From a virus (lineage: Duplodnaviria > Caudoviricetes), in IMG/VR virus record IMGVR_UViG_3300028888_000049: 64,000 nucleotides of DNA, one strand, 5' to 3'. The position numbers were made by a program, and so were the translations under genes. Every line of letters starts with the position of its first letter. The first letter of the stretch is position 1. Positions 9,098-18,627 of this stretch are shown here, piece after piece. The notes under the pieces are model-generated. The model did no database searches. It was not told the origin of the DNA and saw only the letters and a program-made list of their open reading frames with translations.

Positions 9098-9312
9098 TAT
9101 AAAGCGTTTGCTAACTTATTTAATCTATCAAGATCTGGTAATTCATCGTTTTTAACATAATATGCAACAATATAATCATTAACAGATTTAAGTACGCGCT
9201 CATTATAACGAGCTTTCTTAAGTTCTTCAGCTGCAGTTTCTTCTGCAGATTTTTCTTTAATATCTTCAATCTGTTCTTCTGTAATAGGTGTTGTTTCAAT
9301 ATTTTCAGTCAT
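9094..9312 (-). CDS. Hypothetical acidic protein
   Basis: GAGGA RBS. Confidence 0.6.
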   Translation of the reverse strand: MTENIETTPITEEQIEDIKEKSAEETAAEELKKARYNERVLKSVNDYIVAYYVKNDELPDLDRLNKLANALY

Positions 9313-9325
9313 TTAATATTTTCCT

Positions 9326-9676
9326 CTACTTAAATTTAAATGCTAATGGATCAGAATCATAACGAATTCTATTCCATGTTATTATGTTTTTCACTTTATT
9401 TAAATCTGAAGTGCTTATCTTAAACCACTCTCCAACAGAATCACTTTTAAAAGATTTTAGATCTCTATGTACAAGTTTTTCTATTTTTAAAAGATGATTT
9501 CTTTCGCATTCAAATTCTTCAGTGAATAATAATGTAAGTTTATTTTGATTTCCTGTTTGAAGTTGTTTTAATCTTCTTTTAGGATTTTTAGATATACCTA
9601 CTTTAATATATCCCTTATCATTTGAGATAATATACATATATTGATAGTTTTTAATATCTTCATCTATAAACTTCAT
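9326..9676 (-). CDS. GIY-YIG superfamily T5orf172/MUG113-like protein
   Basis: YMYII...YIKVGISKNPKRRLKQLQTGN...IEKLVH...GEWF. Confidence 0.8.
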   Translation of the reverse strand: MKFIDEDIKNYQYMYIISNDKGYIKVGISKNPKRRLKQLQTGNQNKLTLLFTEEFECERNHLLKIEKLVHRDLKSFKSDSVGEWFKISTSDLNKVKNIITWNRIRYDSDPLAFKFK

Positions 9677-9723
9677 AGCAATAAGAACTATTTAGTTTAT
9701 AGACTTTTAGAAAAAAAATATGA

Positions 9724-10071
9724 TTATATGGAAACTTTTAAAAGAAATTTTAACTTATCTATATTTTTAATTGGAAGTGTAATATTTATTCTAAAGCCAG
9801 TATCGTTTGTTAAGCTTCCTCTACTAAATCCATATACGAAATTACGTGGATATTCTGTAATACTAATATCTTTTATAATACCATCTTCTATTAATTCATT
9901 AAGAAAATCCATATCATGAGATGTATATTGTTGTACACAACAACTTTCTAATATATAAGTAATATCTGAATTATTTTTTGTGGAAAAGTATTCAGAGATT
10001 ATATATTCTAGAATATTTTTAAAAAAGAACTTTTTTAATAAAATCTTTAACTCATCCAAATCAATCATCAT
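9724..10071 (-). CDS. KIYG-helix family protein
   Basis: C-term IKNIDKLKFLLKV. Confidence 0.6.
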   Translation of the reverse strand: MMIDLDELKILLKKFFFKNILEYIISEYFSTKNNSDITYILESCCVQQYTSHDMDFLNELIEDGIIKDISITEYPRNFVYGFSRGSLTNDTGFRINITLPIKNIDKLKFLLKVSI

Positions 10072-10472
10072 AAATCCTTAATTAAAGAATCAATATCAGT
10101 ATTTAATTTTCCGTATAATCTTAAGTAAAATATTATTAGATCTAAATTTGCATTATCTTGAAAAGATATATCAATATGTAGTATCTTTTTAGTTTTATCA
10201 ATCCAAGTATATTTTGTTTCAATTAGAATATGATCTTCAAAATATTCATATATCTTTTTTAATTTTTTAATTAAGATATGTTGAACAGCTGGTACTCCAG
10301 TCCAAATTTTAGCATTTCCATTAATAGAATCTATTTGACTTTTAAAAATTTCATCATATCTAAAAAAGCGTGAACTAGGTTTTCTAAGAGCAGAATCTAT
10401 ATCATCTTTTGTTCCTAGTATATTTATAATAAAGCTTCTTAAAATTAAAATCTTTTTATCAGAATTTGTCAT
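10068..10472 (-). CDS. KIYG-helix family protein
   Basis: NLDLIIFYLRLYG; GGAGGA RBS. Confidence 0.65.
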   Translation of the reverse strand: MTNSDKKILILRSFIINILGTKDDIDSALRKPSSRFFRYDEIFKSQIDSINGNAKIWTGVPAVQHILIKKLKKIYEYFEDHILIETKYTWIDKTKKILHIDISFQDNANLDLIIFYLRLYGKLNTDIDSLIKDL

Positions 10473-10588
10473 AAATCCTCCACAATTTTTATATATAATA
10501 TAACATTAAATATCCTTTTGTAAAACCAATTTTCGGCTTTATTTTTAAAGTTCTATATAATAAATTCAAATCTTGAAAGAGAGTTATA

Positions 10589-10789
10589 ATGAAAGTATTA
10601 AAACAATTTGTAGATAGTAATTCGATACATAATTATGTAATTTTTAAAATATCAGAATGTACAGAAAAAGCTTTAGAAGAAAAATGTAATCTTATATTAA
10701 AACAACAATCTTTAAATTGGAAACGATTAAGACTAGAATATTCAGAAAGTCTTAAAGTATTTACAATGATTTATTATTACGAAAAATAA
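10589..10789 (+). CDS. Hypothetical protein
   Basis: 66 aa, AGTTCT motif upstream. Confidence 0.45.
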   Translation: MKVLKQFVDSNSIHNYVIFKISECTEKALEEKCNLILKQQSLNWKRLRLEYSESLKVFTMIYYYEK

Positions 10790-10813
10790 GGGACCTAATT
10801 AAAGATCCCTTAT
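10786..10813. terminator. Bidirectional terminator between convergent genes
   Basis: ataaggga...tcccttat inverted repeat. Confidence 0.6.
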
Positions 10814-10837
10814 ATTTTTATTAAATGATATTACGAA

Positions 10838-11203
10838 TTAGAAATCGTAACGAATAGCTGCGTTAACAACAATCATTCCATCTTTGCGTTGGAAAGCTTT
10901 TGTCTTTGAATAACGAATAGCAACCGGTTCACTTAATTCAACATCTTCATGTCCAGCAAAACCAGGAACTTTCATTTCACCAGCGATTTCTGCAATATCA
11001 GCATATGTCAAAGGATTTGCAGGTAATTCATCAGCATTATGATTGTTATAAGACAATGTTACATAATGAGATTCAGCAGCACCAGAAGCAGAACCAGATT
11101 CTTCAGAAACTACTTCATAAACAGATGCACAGATTACCATATAATTTTCTTTGTCTTCTACTTTTTTAATTTCGCCAGAAGCAATCAATTTACTCTTCAT
11201 CAT
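10838..11203 (-). CDS. Hypothetical protein, possibly abundant/virion protein
   Basis: AAGGAA RBS 7 nt before ATG at 11203; GC-richer codon usage like capsid gene. Confidence 0.6.
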   Translation of the reverse strand: MMKSKLIASGEIKKVEDKENYMVICASVYEVVSEESGSASGAAESHYVTLSYNNHNADELPANPLTYADIAEIAGEMKVPGFAGHEDVELSEPVAIRYSKTKAFQRKDGMIVVNAAIRYDF

Positions 11204-11382
11204 CGTTGTATTCCTTATATTTAAAACTACGCCTTGTGGAAAATAATTAAAGTGGCGCGTTACTTTAATCATAATTATAGAACATTAAAAAATTATATAA
11301 AATTGACATAATTAAATTACTGTTTTATTTGGTTAGTTCTACTATAATAACAGAATAGTTTTTTATTTAGGACGTATTAATC

Positions 11383-11985
11383 ATGTCAAGACTAAATACA
11401 TTTTGTGGACGCTTTGTTTGGTGTATTCCTGCTTTAATTGTTGCTATTGGTATATTTTATTTTATTAATTTATTTGATAGAATTTATTCCAGAGATTTAA
11501 ATAGACAGCTTGATGAGAAATATCAATTAGTAAATCTTATAGAAGCTCTTCATAGTAACGAAAGCATGGCTAAAATTGTAGAAATAATGGATGGATTTCA
11601 GGATACGTATATTTATGTATTAGAAGTTGAAGATAGTAAAGTAATCGAAGATTTTCATACAGTAAATTGTCCGTATCGTTTTTCAAAACACCCATTTGAA
11701 ATGGCTGAAATAAAAAACAAAATTAAGAAAAATAAGCGTGGATCTTTTGCAACTATTGTTAAAAATACTGGAAAAATATATTGGGAATACCGTTGGATCA
11801 ATATTTCAGATAAAAACTATCTTCTATTAATGGGAATTTCTAATTATCCCACGGATGTATTGGATAAAGAACTTCAAATTTCAATCGGAACACTTTTATT
11901 AATTACAGCTTTATTAAACTGGGTTCTTGTTGGATATGCTAAATACTTGAGAGCTGGTTGTTGTAAAATAAAAAGGAAAAAATAA
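11383..11985 (+). CDS. Two-TM membrane protein with periplasmic Cache-like domain
   Basis: TM1 near N-term, TM2 near C-term; IKKNKRGSF...KIYWEYRWI...YLLLMGI pattern. Confidence 0.6.
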   Translation: MSRLNTFCGRFVWCIPALIVAIGIFYFINLFDRIYSRDLNRQLDEKYQLVNLIEALHSNESMAKIVEIMDGFQDTYIYVLEVEDSKVIEDFHTVNCPYRFSKHPFEMAEIKNKIKKNKRGSFATIVKNTGKIYWEYRWINISDKNYLLLMGISNYPTDVLDKELQISIGTLLLITALLNWVLVGYAKYLRAGCCKIKRKK

Positions 11986-11986
11986 C

Positions 11987-12304
11987 GTGAATACTCCAGA
12001 AAGTCATGAGCCAGAATACCTTACAATGTTTATGTGTTTTATTTTGGCATTGTTGGGTGGAACTGCTAGAGAACTATCTAAACAGGAAGAATGCTTCAAC
12101 TGGAGGCGTTTCTTGTCAAATATCTTTGTCTCTGGTTTTTGCGGACTTTTAATTGGATTATTTGCAACCGATTTTGAACATAAAAACTGGTTAATGTTTC
12201 TTGCTGGTGTTAGTGGTACAGCTGGTGTAGCTTTCTTAGATTTCTGTTGGGAAGTTCTGAAATCTGTATTGACTAAAGTAGCTGAAAAAGTAGATACTAA
12301 ATAA
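11987..12304 (+). CDS. Holin (LydA-like, three TM)
   Basis: ILALLGGTARELS, FLSNIFVSGFCGLLIG, FLAGVSGTAG; precedes spanins. Confidence 0.75.
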   Translation: MNTPESHEPEYLTMFMCFILALLGGTARELSKQEECFNWRRFLSNIFVSGFCGLLIGLFATDFEHKNWLMFLAGVSGTAGVAFLDFCWEVLKSVLTKVAEKVDTK

Positions 12305-12317
12305 AAAGGATCATACT

Positions 12318-12626
12318 ATGAAAAAAGGATATTGGATTACTTTAAGTATATTTTTAATTCTCACAATCATATTTGGTTTTATGTGGTATATAAATGCCTC
12401 CGAGAAGAATAAAGCTCGTGAGGAGCTAAAAAATGCACAAATAACGATAGATAATCTTACAACTGATAAAGAAAAGTTAGTTACATATATTACAGAAAGA
12501 GATAATGAAATTAAAAGATTACAATCTGAATATAAAGAAAAATTAAAAAATATTCCTAAAGATACTTGTGGAGATCAGAAACCGTCTAAAGAACTTTTAG
12601 AATTTTTTAGGAAGAATGTACAATGA
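12318..12626 (+). CDS. Inner-membrane spanin (Rz-like)
   Basis: N-terminal TM, coiled coil, C-terminal Cys (DTCGDQK). Confidence 0.7.
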   Translation: MKKGYWITLSIFLILTIIFGFMWYINASEKNKAREELKNAQITIDNLTTDKEKLVTYITERDNEIKRLQSEYKEKLKNIPKDTCGDQKPSKELLEFFRKNVQ

Positions 12627-12844
12627 AATATATACTTACTTTAATATTAGTTTTAATACTTTGTTCTTGTTCTGTTTGTAAAAATAACGTTATACAAACA
12701 AATCAATTCATCCAAACTAATTACGATTTTAATTGTCTTGATGATAATAAAACTCTTTCTGAAATAATTTTATGTTATCAAGAACAAGATAAAGCTGAAA
12801 AATTACAAAATAATATTACCAATAAGCTTTTAAAAACAAAATAG
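12623..12844 (+). CDS. Outer-membrane spanin lipoprotein (Rz1-like)
   Basis: Lipobox LILCSC; ATGA overlap with i-spanin. Confidence 0.65.
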   Translation: MKYILTLILVLILCSCSVCKNNVIQTNQFIQTNYDFNCLDDNKTLSEIILCYQEQDKAEKLQNNITNKLLKTK

Positions 12845-12903
12845 AATTTTCGACTTTACAATTACCTTCAAATATTATACATTATAATTATAGGAGGTAA
12901 ATA

Positions 12904-13179
12904 ATGTCTGATTTATTAGATTCTTTAAAACAATCTATATCTTGCTATTTTGGTAGGACTGTATTTGTAACAACTACAGACGATAATTGTATTTTAATAG
13001 CAATTCCTTTACATATCCCTAAGATAGAGTTCGTTTTTTCAGAAATATTAAGAAATTGTAATATTCCATTAGTTAGATATTCTCATAAAGGTGGTTTTCA
13101 TTTTTATAAAATCTCTAATGAATATCAAAATGAATTAGCTAGATTACCATTTTTTCTAAAGGTTTATAAAAATGTATGA
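12904..13179 (+). CDS. KIYG-helix family protein
   Basis: ILRNCNIP...ELARLPFFLKVY. Confidence 0.65.
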   Translation: MSDLLDSLKQSISCYFGRTVFVTTTDDNCILIAIPLHIPKIEFVFSEILRNCNIPLVRYSHKGGFHFYKISNEYQNELARLPFFLKVYKNV

Positions 13180-13555
13180 TCCAGAATTTGCGCAACTATG
13201 TAACAAAACATTAAATTCGTATTATTCTTGCAATAGTATACTTTTATTAGGTAGTTTGCCTAACACTCCTATGACAGATTATTATCAAATTTTATTTACA
13301 GCACCGTATCATGAGAACAATTGGAGATATTATCATTTTAAAAAAGTATTAGATGATAATGATATTCCATATGATGAACCCTGTAATGTTAAACCAATAA
13401 AAAGTAAAAATGATAAGAATGAAGATGTTTGGGAACAAAATGACTCTTATGTTATTGTTATTCATAATAAATATAAAACTAAATTAGAAAGGATATTTTT
13501 TCTATTTAAAATACAAGGTAAATGTAGTGTATTACGAGAAAGTGATGAGTCTTAA
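13172..13555 (+). CDS. KIYG-helix family protein
   Basis: VLDDNDIPY...LERIFFLFKIQG. Confidence 0.65.
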   Translation: MYDPEFAQLCNKTLNSYYSCNSILLLGSLPNTPMTDYYQILFTAPYHENNWRYYHFKKVLDDNDIPYDEPCNVKPIKSKNDKNEDVWEQNDSYVIVIHNKYKTKLERIFFLFKIQGKCSVLRESDES

Positions 13556-13556
13556 T

Positions 13557-13961
13557 ATGACAGATGAAGAATATAATAAAAGAAAACAAGAAAATTTCAA
13601 AAAGCATCATGACCAACGAGAAATGTATAAAAAGCAATTATTAGTATTATTGCAAATAAGTGGTTATGATGTTAATACTATTTATTCTCCAGTTCACCTT
13701 ATTGAAGCATTAGATAATATTGGATTCGTAAAAATAAAATCCACATATCATATGAATAAACAAAATAAAAGAGAATTTGAATTTCCATTACGATTTTCCA
13801 TGAATAATTATGAATTTGAAATGGACGTTGATATTAAACTTAAAAAACCAAAAGCTAACTTTTCAATAAATGGTGAAAGACAATGGTTAGATATTTGGTA
13901 TAAGAGACTTTATGAATGTCTTAAAGGTAATGAAATTAAAACGGACTTAGAAGAATGGTAG
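13557..13961 (+). CDS. Hypothetical protein with N-proximal KIYG-like helix
   Basis: KQLLVLLQISGY. Confidence 0.55.
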   Translation: MTDEEYNKRKQENFKKHHDQREMYKKQLLVLLQISGYDVNTIYSPVHLIEALDNIGFVKIKSTYHMNKQNKREFEFPLRFSMNNYEFEMDVDIKLKKPKANFSINGERQWLDIWYKRLYECLKGNEIKTDLEEW

Positions 13962-14236
13962 ATTACAAACAAGCTTTGACACTCCATTGCAGAATTCAAG
14001 GGTATACTCGATTAAACTATAGAAAATGTCTAAAAGATATAGCACAAACATATCCACATTTAGCAACTTATAAAAGAATAGGAAAAGAACACTATATATT
14101 CACCTTTAAAGACCAAACTTTAACTATTTGGATTCATTATATGCTAAGTGGACGTACTGATTTTAAATTAAACGATAAAGATATAACTCGCGAAGAAATG
14201 TATCAGTTTTTATACTCAGTACTACAAGAATTATAA
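13955..14236 (+). CDS. Hypothetical protein with N-terminal KIYG-like helix
   Basis: KQALTLHCRIQGY; overall similarity to preceding ORF. Confidence 0.55.
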   Translation: MVDYKQALTLHCRIQGYTRLNYRKCLKDIAQTYPHLATYKRIGKEHYIFTFKDQTLTIWIHYMLSGRTDFKLNDKDITREEMYQFLYSVLQEL

Positions 14237-14260
14237 AAAGTATATACTCAGTTTCTACTT

Positions 14261-14533
14261 TCATGAATATATTTTTGTTAAGAGTTTAATTCTATCAAGA
14301 TCTTTTTCTGTGAAGATAATTCGACTCCCGAAAGGTGAACAAGTACAAAACATCTGATCCTTTAATGTAAAACCCATACTCCATAATTCATTTATTATAT
14401 CATCAAAAAACCTTACAGTAACAATTCCTAAATAAATTCTACTATTATCGTTTATATAATATGATTGCTCATTAACAGTCATGAAATATGAGTTATTTAA
14501 TAATTCAAAACTAATATTCATCTTTATAAACAC
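14261..14533 (-). CDS. KIYG-helix family protein
   Basis: FTEKDLDRIKLLTKIYS. Confidence 0.65.
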   Translation of the reverse strand: MFIKMNISFELLNNSYFMTVNEQSYYINDNSRIYLGIVTVRFFDDIINELWSMGFTLKDQMFCTCSPFGSRIIFTEKDLDRIKLLTKIYS

Positions 14534-14846
14534 CCTTTATCTTTAAATACATAATTAATCTATTATATTGCTTTTTATTAAGGTTATAAACTTCATAATT
14601 ACTATGCATCATTTGTTTGAATGAAAACACCTTTGGTTTACTATCTTTATTTAATATACCTAATTGTACAAAATAATCAAATAACCTACTAAAATATGAA
14701 TAACTTAAATATAATGTGGATTTTGTAAACTTAGCAATATATACACAATATGTAGACTCCTTAACAGAAAATCCTAAATTGATAAAATTCTTATTTTTCT
14801 CAAAATGACCCATTTTTATAATATCAAAAGTATCTGGAAAAGACAT
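14511..14846 (-). CDS. KIYG-helix family protein
   Basis: LNKKQYNRLIMYLKIKG. Confidence 0.7.
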   Translation of the reverse strand: MSFPDTFDIIKMGHFEKNKNFINLGFSVKESTYCVYIAKFTKSTLYLSYSYFSRLFDYFVQLGILNKDSKPKVFSFKQMMHSNYEVYNLNKKQYNRLIMYLKIKGVYKDEY

Positions 14847-14860
14847 TAGTTTTACTCCTA

Positions 14861-15172
14861 TTAACTTGTCTTAACATCACCTGCAATCTTAGCATACATA
14901 CATAATCTATTATAATCATCTTTAGTTAATTCTATCCAGTATTTACCACTAATAGTATTAATTCCTAATTCTTCTAATTTAGCTTTCACAGCATTAACAT
15001 CTGATGTATTGAATATCTGACATACATAACTATTACCAAATCTCTGAGCAAAATAATATGTATCATCACAAATTGTCTTATCTACTGTGGCTTTGATTAC
15101 TCTCATTAAAAGTGTTTCATCTTTACTATATCTATTGATAAAAAATTCTATATCATAAGCATCTTTTTCCAT
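14861..15172 (-). CDS. KIYG-helix family protein
   Basis: LEELGIN...LTKDDYNRLCMYAKIAG. Confidence 0.7.
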   Translation of the reverse strand: MEKDAYDIEFFINRYSKDETLLMRVIKATVDKTICDDTYYFAQRFGNSYVCQIFNTSDVNAVKAKLEELGINTISGKYWIELTKDDYNRLCMYAKIAGDVKTS

Positions 15173-15188
15173 CTTTATTTTCCTTTTA

Positions 15189-15668
15189 TTATATTGAATT
15201 CCATTTCATAGATTTTTTATCATATAACAACTCATCCATTTTCTTTTTTATTTCGATAGGATCATCTATATTTCTAAATATTACTTTAGAAGCACCAATA
15301 CCACTAAATATAATATCACCATAATCAAATATTCTACCTAATACAGTTTGTCTTACTTCTATACCTTCTAATTTATCATTCTTTAATTCATCTGTATGTA
15401 TAGATATTATCCCTTCTTTATAAACTACTCTTTTATTAGTTATAATCCTTTCAGTCATAAATAAACTTAAAAATCCATAAACAGAATAACAAAGTAATAG
15501 AAACGTACCTAATATAAATAAACCACCTCTTTGATTTATAGCTATATCAAAAGTTAAATATCCACAAACAAATGTCATAACCCACCAGTATAAGAAATTA
15601 ATCCAATGTAATTCAACTTCATACTGAATCTTTTCTTGAATACCTAAACTTCGATCTATATATCTCAT
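15189..15668 (-). CDS. Membrane-associated bacterial PH domain protein (bPH_2/YdbS-like)
   Basis: Two TMs then ITNKRVVYKEGII...QTVLGRIFDYGDI. Confidence 0.82.
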   Translation of the reverse strand: MRYIDRSLGIQEKIQYEVELHWINFLYWWVMTFVCGYLTFDIAINQRGGLFILGTFLLLCYSVYGFLSLFMTERIITNKRVVYKEGIISIHTDELKNDKLEGIEVRQTVLGRIFDYGDIIFSGIGASKVIFRNIDDPIEIKKKMDELLYDKKSMKWNSI

Positions 15669-16045
15669 TTCTCTACTTCCTCATATTTGTATATCTCTAA
15701 AGGATTTGTATAATCTATGTTATATGTTGTTTTCAATAATAAAAGCTTATCTCCATCTTGCTTACTTATTCTAATACTATAACTATCTCCATGCTCATGC
15801 TTTACTATAACTACATTCTGTAAATTCAAAATCTCAACTAATACACTCTTTGCTAGATTTACAATAAACTTTTGACGAACAAAATCACTGCTATAAAACA
15901 AATCTTCATCTCTAAGAGTTTTCTCAAATAATATATAATAGTTTCCTAAATTGGTAAAACAAATCTGTAAACCAAAACGGTTATATGTACATACTAAACT
16001 TATACTTTCAATACAATATGTTCTTAACAAATCATCTAAAGTCAT
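15665..16045 (-). CDS. KIYG-helix family protein
   Basis: ISKQDGDKLLLLKTTY. Confidence 0.65.
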   Translation of the reverse strand: MTLDDLLRTYCIESISLVCTYNRFGLQICFTNLGNYYILFEKTLRDEDLFYSSDFVRQKFIVNLAKSVLVEILNLQNVVIVKHEHGDSYSIRISKQDGDKLLLLKTTYNIDYTNPLEIYKYEEVEK

Positions 16046-16380
16046 ACTAAATCATCCTCTATCTTAATATATTCATACATCTTCAATAATAAGACTAATT
16101 TATTATAGTTATCTTCATCTAATTTTAATCCTGAGCCAACCCTAAATTGATCTATAATTACATGTACACCATATTTCAATAAAGTTGCATATACATTAAA
16201 ATAAAGTTCTTCTTTACTAATTATCTTTTCTTCTGGTATTTGATTCGTAATAAATACACAAATATAATAATATTTACCAGTACGCGGTAAAAACTCACTA
16301 TTCGTATTAAGTGCTAATTTCCAATAAAAATCGGTACGATTATAATACAGTTCAATATTTGCTACTTTTTTATTACTCAT
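16042..16380 (-). CDS. KIYG-helix family protein
   Basis: LDEDNYNKLVLLLKMY. Confidence 0.7.
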   Translation of the reverse strand: MSNKKVANIELYYNRTDFYWKLALNTNSEFLPRTGKYYYICVFITNQIPEEKIISKEELYFNVYATLLKYGVHVIIDQFRVGSGLKLDEDNYNKLVLLLKMYEYIKIEDDLV

Positions 16381-16739
16381 ATTAGTTTTCCATCATACGT
16401 CTTTACTAAAAATATTAACTTCTCATACATTTCTCTAGTCATAATAATATATAATCCATTATATTGTGCATCTAAATCATATTTCTTAAATATATCAATA
16501 AAGGCCATAGCTATTTCTATATTCATACAATCACTTTGAACATATTGCTGTCCTAAAAAATCTGTATAAAGATGTGACCTAATTATAGACATATCTCTCA
16601 AACCAGTAAATGTACCATGACCTGTTGATAACGGTTGTGAATAGTTAATGCAAAGTACAATTCCATAAGTAGATCTATATTCAACACTATAACTAACACT
16701 TGCGTCTGTATTTTCCTTAAATATTTCACTTATTATCAT
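16377..16739 (-). CDS. KIYG-helix family protein
   Basis: MTREMYEKLIFLVKTYDG. Confidence 0.65.
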   Translation of the reverse strand: MIISEIFKENTDASVSYSVEYRSTYGIVLCINYSQPLSTGHGTFTGLRDMSIIRSHLYTDFLGQQYVQSDCMNIEIAMAFIDIFKKYDLDAQYNGLYIIMTREMYEKLIFLVKTYDGKLI

Positions 16740-17040
16740 AATACATACTTCCATTATTTAACTTTAATAGAAACTTTAACTTATCTAACTCACTCTGCTC
16801 TATATATAATGCATTAATATGCGCATTACTATCATATGGCATAATAACACTCTTTATATTTATCTTACGTAGAATATCTTTAAAATACTCATTCAGACTA
16901 TTATTATTCTTACTATCAAATACAAAAGCACAAACACAATAATACTTAGAATATACTACGTTATATGTACGTATAATAACATGGTCAACTTCAGTCCTAA
17001 TAACTATCTCATCATCATTATTATAATGTATATATATCAT
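16726..17040 (-). CDS. KIYG-helix family protein
   Basis: ILRKINIK...ELDKLKFLLKLNNG. Confidence 0.7.
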   Translation of the reverse strand: MIYIHYNNDDEIVIRTEVDHVIIRTYNVVYSKYYCVCAFVFDSKNNNSLNEYFKDILRKINIKSVIMPYDSNAHINALYIEQSELDKLKFLLKLNNGSMYYDNK

Positions 17041-17041
17041 A

Positions 17042-17470
17042 TCACACTCTCTCCACTAACTTTATTTCTTTACTATCAACTGAAATATCAAAATTATTAT
17101 CATATAACTTTAATAAAAACAATAAATTATTATACATACTCTTTTTAATCCATAACGTCTTATATAATCCAAAAAACTTCTTTCTTATTTCTATACTAAT
17201 ACCAATACTACTTAATATACTAATTAACTCATTTAAATGTCTCTTACTCATTGCTTTCCTATTTGCAAAAATCCTATAACAATCATCTATACATTCACAC
17301 ATCTCATATTCATCAATAATATATAAACAGTTACAATACTTCACACCATCTAAACTATGCTTTCCCACTAAACTATATTTGTCTTCCCATTCATAAAATT
17401 CAAACTCATAATATATATCACGTCTATCACTAAAATAATCACGTAGTCCTATTTCTATTCGTCTAATCAT
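17042..17470 (-). CDS. KIYG-helix family protein
   Basis: ILSSIGIS...MYNNLLFLLKLYD; AAGGGG RBS before 17470. Confidence 0.65.
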   Translation of the reverse strand: MIRRIEIGLRDYFSDRRDIYYEFEFYEWEDKYSLVGKHSLDGVKYCNCLYIIDEYEMCECIDDCYRIFANRKAMSKRHLNELISILSSIGISIEIRKKFFGLYKTLWIKKSMYNNLLFLLKLYDNNFDISVDSKEIKLVERV

Positions 17471-17524
17471 TATATTCCCCTTATATATAAAATATAACCA
17501 TATATAAGAAAAAAGTAAAACCAA

Positions 17525-18600
17525 AAATCATAACTCCTCACTCTCTATATCCATCAATTCATCTGCTCCTAGACATAAAAAAAGAAAATATATACAGAAC
17601 ATATACAAAAAGAGTATGCTATCAGATAAAAAACGATAGCAAGAACAAAAATACAAGAAAACCTGTATATAAGGACAAACAAAAGAAATAGGAGTACAGA
17701 CTAAATACAGACAGAATACAAGAACAGTGAGACAACAGAACACAGAGACATAGGCATAACCACACAAAACTAACCATCAGAAAACAGACAAGGGCCTATA
17801 ACGAACACACCAGAAAACAGAAAACGCCGAGACACCTACTGAATACTCAAGGATATGATAACACTTACGAAACTGTGAAAAACACCAGAAAACAGAAAAC
17901 ACCTACTGAGTTGGAATTAGACAAAAAACTGCCTATACGTAAAGGCCCCTGTCTGCCGTCCGCCGGCTCCGGTATATATTATATCGTGTTATATTTTAGT
18001 GGAAATAACCGGTTATTATAGATACTATAATCTATATAAATATAAAAAGATCCACTGAATATTTTTGATTTTACATTTTATAAATAATCCACTAAAATAA
18101 AATTATAATAAATAAAAAGATAATAAAAATCCACTGAAATATAATTTAATATTTTATAATCAAATAATAAATGATAATTAAATAAAATCAAATCATTTAT
18201 AAAAAATAAAAATAATATTTATAGAGTTGTTATATTTTATATTTATATAGATTATATAATAACTCTATAAATTATAATAATATATCCACTAAAATTATAT
18301 TTAATAAATTATAATCAATAAATAAATAATATAAAAATTAAATTTATTTATATTTTAGTGAAAAAATAATATTTATAGAGTTAGTAATAATTATATAAAT
18401 AATAAAAATAATATCCACTGAAATAAAGTTGAATATAAATAAGTATAATAAATGATGATTAAAAAAATCAAGTCGTTTATATTTTAGTGGCAAGTATGTA
18501 CTATAGATATATAATCTATATGCAAGTAGTAAGTATATTAGTTGTGTATAGACTATATATCTGAGTAGATGTATAGAGTGCTAGAGATAGTGCTATTGTA
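17525..18600. other. 1.1-kb non-coding region: candidate replication origin or genome-terminus region
   Basis: Divergent transcription, strand-skew switch, GC island 17944-17972, repeated ATCCACT(G/A)AA motifs in very AT-rich DNA. Confidence 0.55.
17994..18490. repeat. Iteron-like ATCCACT(G/A)AA repeats in both orientations
   Basis: Forward at 18050, 18087, 18129, 18284, 18413; reverse (TTTTAGTG) at 17994, 18353, 18482. Confidence 0.7.
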
Positions 18601-18627
18601 TTAACTTTAATTTTAAGGAGACGTAAT

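Noticed and set aside
17528-17767. 79-aa Cys/Val/Phe-rich ORF on minus strand
   Set aside because: By-product of low-complexity skewed DNA; no RBS
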